Positions 62,321 through 64,000 of a DNA stretch of 64,000 bases are shown here, piece by piece. The notes beneath the pieces are model-generated. The model searched no databases. It was not told the DNA's origin and saw nothing but the letters and a program-made list of their open reading frames with translations. The DNA is taken from assembly GCA_022709695.1 (NCBI GenBank), contig JAKLII010000002.1:90955-154954 (forward strand), given 5' to 3'. Every line of letters begins with the position of its first letter. Within the stretch, counting starts at the first letter, position 1. The DNA comes from Bacteroidota bacterium (lineage in GTDB: Bacteria > Bacteroidota > Bacteroidia > Bacteroidales > SKPS01). Both the position numbers and the translations under genes were made by a program.

Positions 62321-63178
62321 CTACTGCTTAACTACGATCACCAGATGGCGGGATGTTCTCCAGAAGGCCTGATAATCAAGAATTTCGATTTTCTCAACTA
62401 CTTTATCGCCTACCAAATTATAGCTCTGTGTCGGGTGGTTGGTAATAAGCCTTGCTGATTTTGCATTCACCGGGATGGTTTTCAGTTTCCGGATATCGAT
62501 TTCCGTAAAATTCTGTGCATTGAAATCTTTGGAGAGGACACGGGTCTTGCCGATTCCCACAAATCCGCCCTCACGGGAGATGATTCCCTTATCCCTGAGT
62601 TCCCTTTCAGTTCCGATCACATAATAGGCTTTGTTCAGCTCTGCGTCCTGCTGGCTGATGGTTTGCTCCCTGGTTGCCAGATCCGAAGAGATGTTTTTGA
62701 TCTGCACTGCCAGATCTTTAAGCTCAGAATCCTTGGCTGCAAGCTGATTGGAGAGGGCCACAATTTCTGCATCCTTTTCTTCGATGGTTTTGGTAAGGAG
62801 CTCAATCGTTTTCTGGAACTCAGCAATCTTCACATCAGAACTGTTCAGCTTCTTCTTCAGGGATGCGATGGTCTGCTTGTTTTTCTCCATCAACTGTGAG
62901 ATGAGGGTCAGGTCATCGGTAATTCTCTGGCGTGAGTCGGCGTTGATATCTGCTGCACCTGCTTTACGGATCAGCTTTTCTTTTTCCTTGATCATTGCCA
63001 GGTTCTCTTCAATTTCGTTATAGGATGAAAAAACGGAGTTCAGGGTAGAATCCTTGGCCATTGATTCAGTTCTCAACCGCTCGTTTTCTTTCTTTAGTTC
63101 ATCCATTTCGGGATTTGTACCACTTTTGCAGGCAACCAGCAGTGCCATCGGAACCAATAAAATCCACAGTTTTTTCAT
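62321..63178 (-). CDS. Coiled-coil lipoprotein, unknown function
   Basis: 285 aa. Signal peptide plus lipobox (PMALLVACKS). About 170 aa of heptad-rich sequence, then a globular C-terminus (YYVIGTERELRDKGIISREGGFVGIGK...). Confidence 0.55.
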   Translation of the reverse strand: MKKLWILLVPMALLVACKSGTNPEMDELKKENERLRTESMAKDSTLNSVFSSYNEIEENLAMIKEKEKLIRKAGAADINADSRQRITDDLTLISQLMEKNKQTIASLKKKLNSSDVKIAEFQKTIELLTKTIEEKDAEIVALSNQLAAKDSELKDLAVQIKNISSDLATREQTISQQDAELNKAYYVIGTERELRDKGIISREGGFVGIGKTRVLSKDFNAQNFTEIDIRKLKTIPVNAKSARLITNHPTQSYNLVGDKVVEKIEILDYQAFWRTSRHLVIVVKQ

Positions 63179-63277
63179 GTCGTCGTGTTTTTGAAATTTT
63201 GTGCAATAATAACCAAATATAGAGTGTGATATTGTATGTTTAAGAATTTTTAAGATTTTACATATCAGATATTTAGA

Positions 63278-64000
63278 TCATCTGAGGACAGCTCCTGCCC
63301 TTTGGGCAAGTATTTTTATTACCCGCGACATGATCTTGTCGATCTCATCTTCTGACAAGGTTTTATCATCATGACGAAGGGTAAGGCTCACTGCATAGGA
63401 GACTTTACCCGGGGGGAGCGTATCGGAGGAGAAGACATCAAACAGATTCACAGTTCTGATCAGGGGATCCGCTTCAAGGATCATATTCCGGATGGTTGAA
63501 TAGAGCACCTCATTCCCGATGATGAGGGAGAGATCCCTGCGGACACCCGGATATTTGGGAAGGACGGTGGTGGTTTTGGAAGAAGGCTTCTGTTCTGCGA
63601 GGGGTTCCAGGCAGAACCGGGCATAAAATACCGGTTGTTTCAATTGGAATGATTTCAGGTAATCATGGTTCACCCGGCCAAAGCGTACCAGTTCATGATC
63701 ACCGAGACGGATCGTGGTTCCCATGAGGAAGGTGGCATCGCTGACCGGTTCGGAAACATATTCTGAACTATCGATACCTGCCAGTAAAAGTAGTGCATCG
63801 ACATACGCTTTCAAATCAAAGAATTCCGTTTCCGTCTGAGGTCTTCTCCAGGATTCCGGGCTGGCTTTGCCGGTAAGCACGAGTGCCATCTGCCGTGACT
63901 CGGCAAAGCGTTGTTCAACCGGTTTATCAGCGGGCATTCCGGCGAGAGTACCATATGTGAAGCCGAACTCAAAGAATTTTACATCAGGATTCTGCCGGTT
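63278..64000 (-). CDS. pheT: Phenylalanine--tRNA ligase beta subunit, C-terminal part (gene continues past the right edge)
   Basis: The C-terminal FDX-ACB domain (YPGVRRDLSLIIGNEVLYSTIRNMI...LFDVF...VSYAVSLTLRHDDKTLSEDEIDKIMSRVI) matches PheT. The frame stays open upstream of the track's Met, reading ...NRQNPDVKFFEFGFTYGTLAGM... up to position 64000. Confidence 0.85.
   Translation of the reverse strand, partial: NRQNPDVKFFEFGFTYGTLAGMPADKPVEQRFAESRQMALVLTGKASPESWRRPQTETEFFDLKAYVDALLLLAGIDSSEYVSEPVSDATFLMGTTIRLGDHELVRFGRVNHDYLKSFQLKQPVFYARFCLEPLAEQKPSSKTTTVLPKYPGVRRDLSLIIGNEVLYSTIRNMILEADPLIRTVNLFDVFSSDTLPPGKVSYAVSLTLRHDDKTLSEDEIDKIMSRVIKILAQRAGAVLR

Noticed and set aside
1-64000. Whole-window scan for tRNA, rRNA, tmRNA, CRISPR arrays, insertion sequences, integrases, phage genes, toxin-antitoxin pairs and known defence-system genes
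   Set aside because: No T-loop-like GGTTCGAAT-type motif occurs in an intergenic context. No intergenic region exceeds about 220 nt. No transposase, integrase or recombinase-like ORF is present, and I saw no terminal inverted repeats. By-eye scanning cannot exclude small RNAs. A covariance-model search (Infernal/Rfam, tRNAscan-SE) would settle this.

Overview
The window looks like a gene-dense, mostly housekeeping segment of a Bacteroidota chromosome. Four things point that way: four proteins end in type IX secretion (T9SS) C-terminal sorting domains. TTTG/TAnnTTTG promoter boxes are present instead of Shine-Dalgarno-led starts. There is an rplM-rpsI-rpsB-tsf-pyrH block. An S46 peptidase, an M64 peptidase and several SPOR and OstA-like proteins are also present. 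I support about 57 protein-coding genes. I found no rRNA, tRNA, CRISPR array, transposase, integrase or phage gene, and nothing that resembles a known defence system. Recognisable content includes: envelope biogenesis (ispE, kdsB, lpxK, an LptD-like protein, an OstA-like protein, an MlaD-like protein, an amidase with a SPOR domain); translation (L13, S9, S2, EF-Ts, ProRS, PheT fragment, TrmB, TsaB); ExbB-ExbD-TonB; folC; a tryptophanase/tyrosine phenol-lyase type enzyme; a ptb-buk butyrate operon; a TolC/adaptor pair; and an ECF sigma factor. Three loci are not explained by textbook functions and deserve a second look. (1) 23.3-26.7 kb: an operon encoding an extremely Tyr/Gly-rich low-complexity lipoprotein plus a FadL-like barrel. 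(2) 26.8-34.3 kb: three paralogous CxxC thioredoxin-like (Omp28-related) modules, two on T9SS cargo proteins and one on a lipoprotein, arranged around a TlpA-type reductase and an outer-membrane barrel. (3) 48.6-52.9 kb: a His/Cys-rich small exported protein, a TonB-dependent receptor and a periplasmic HMA protein carrying tandem EHKCTGQKD repeats. All family assignments come from motif recognition by eye. No database search was run, so family names given from memory are flagged as such.
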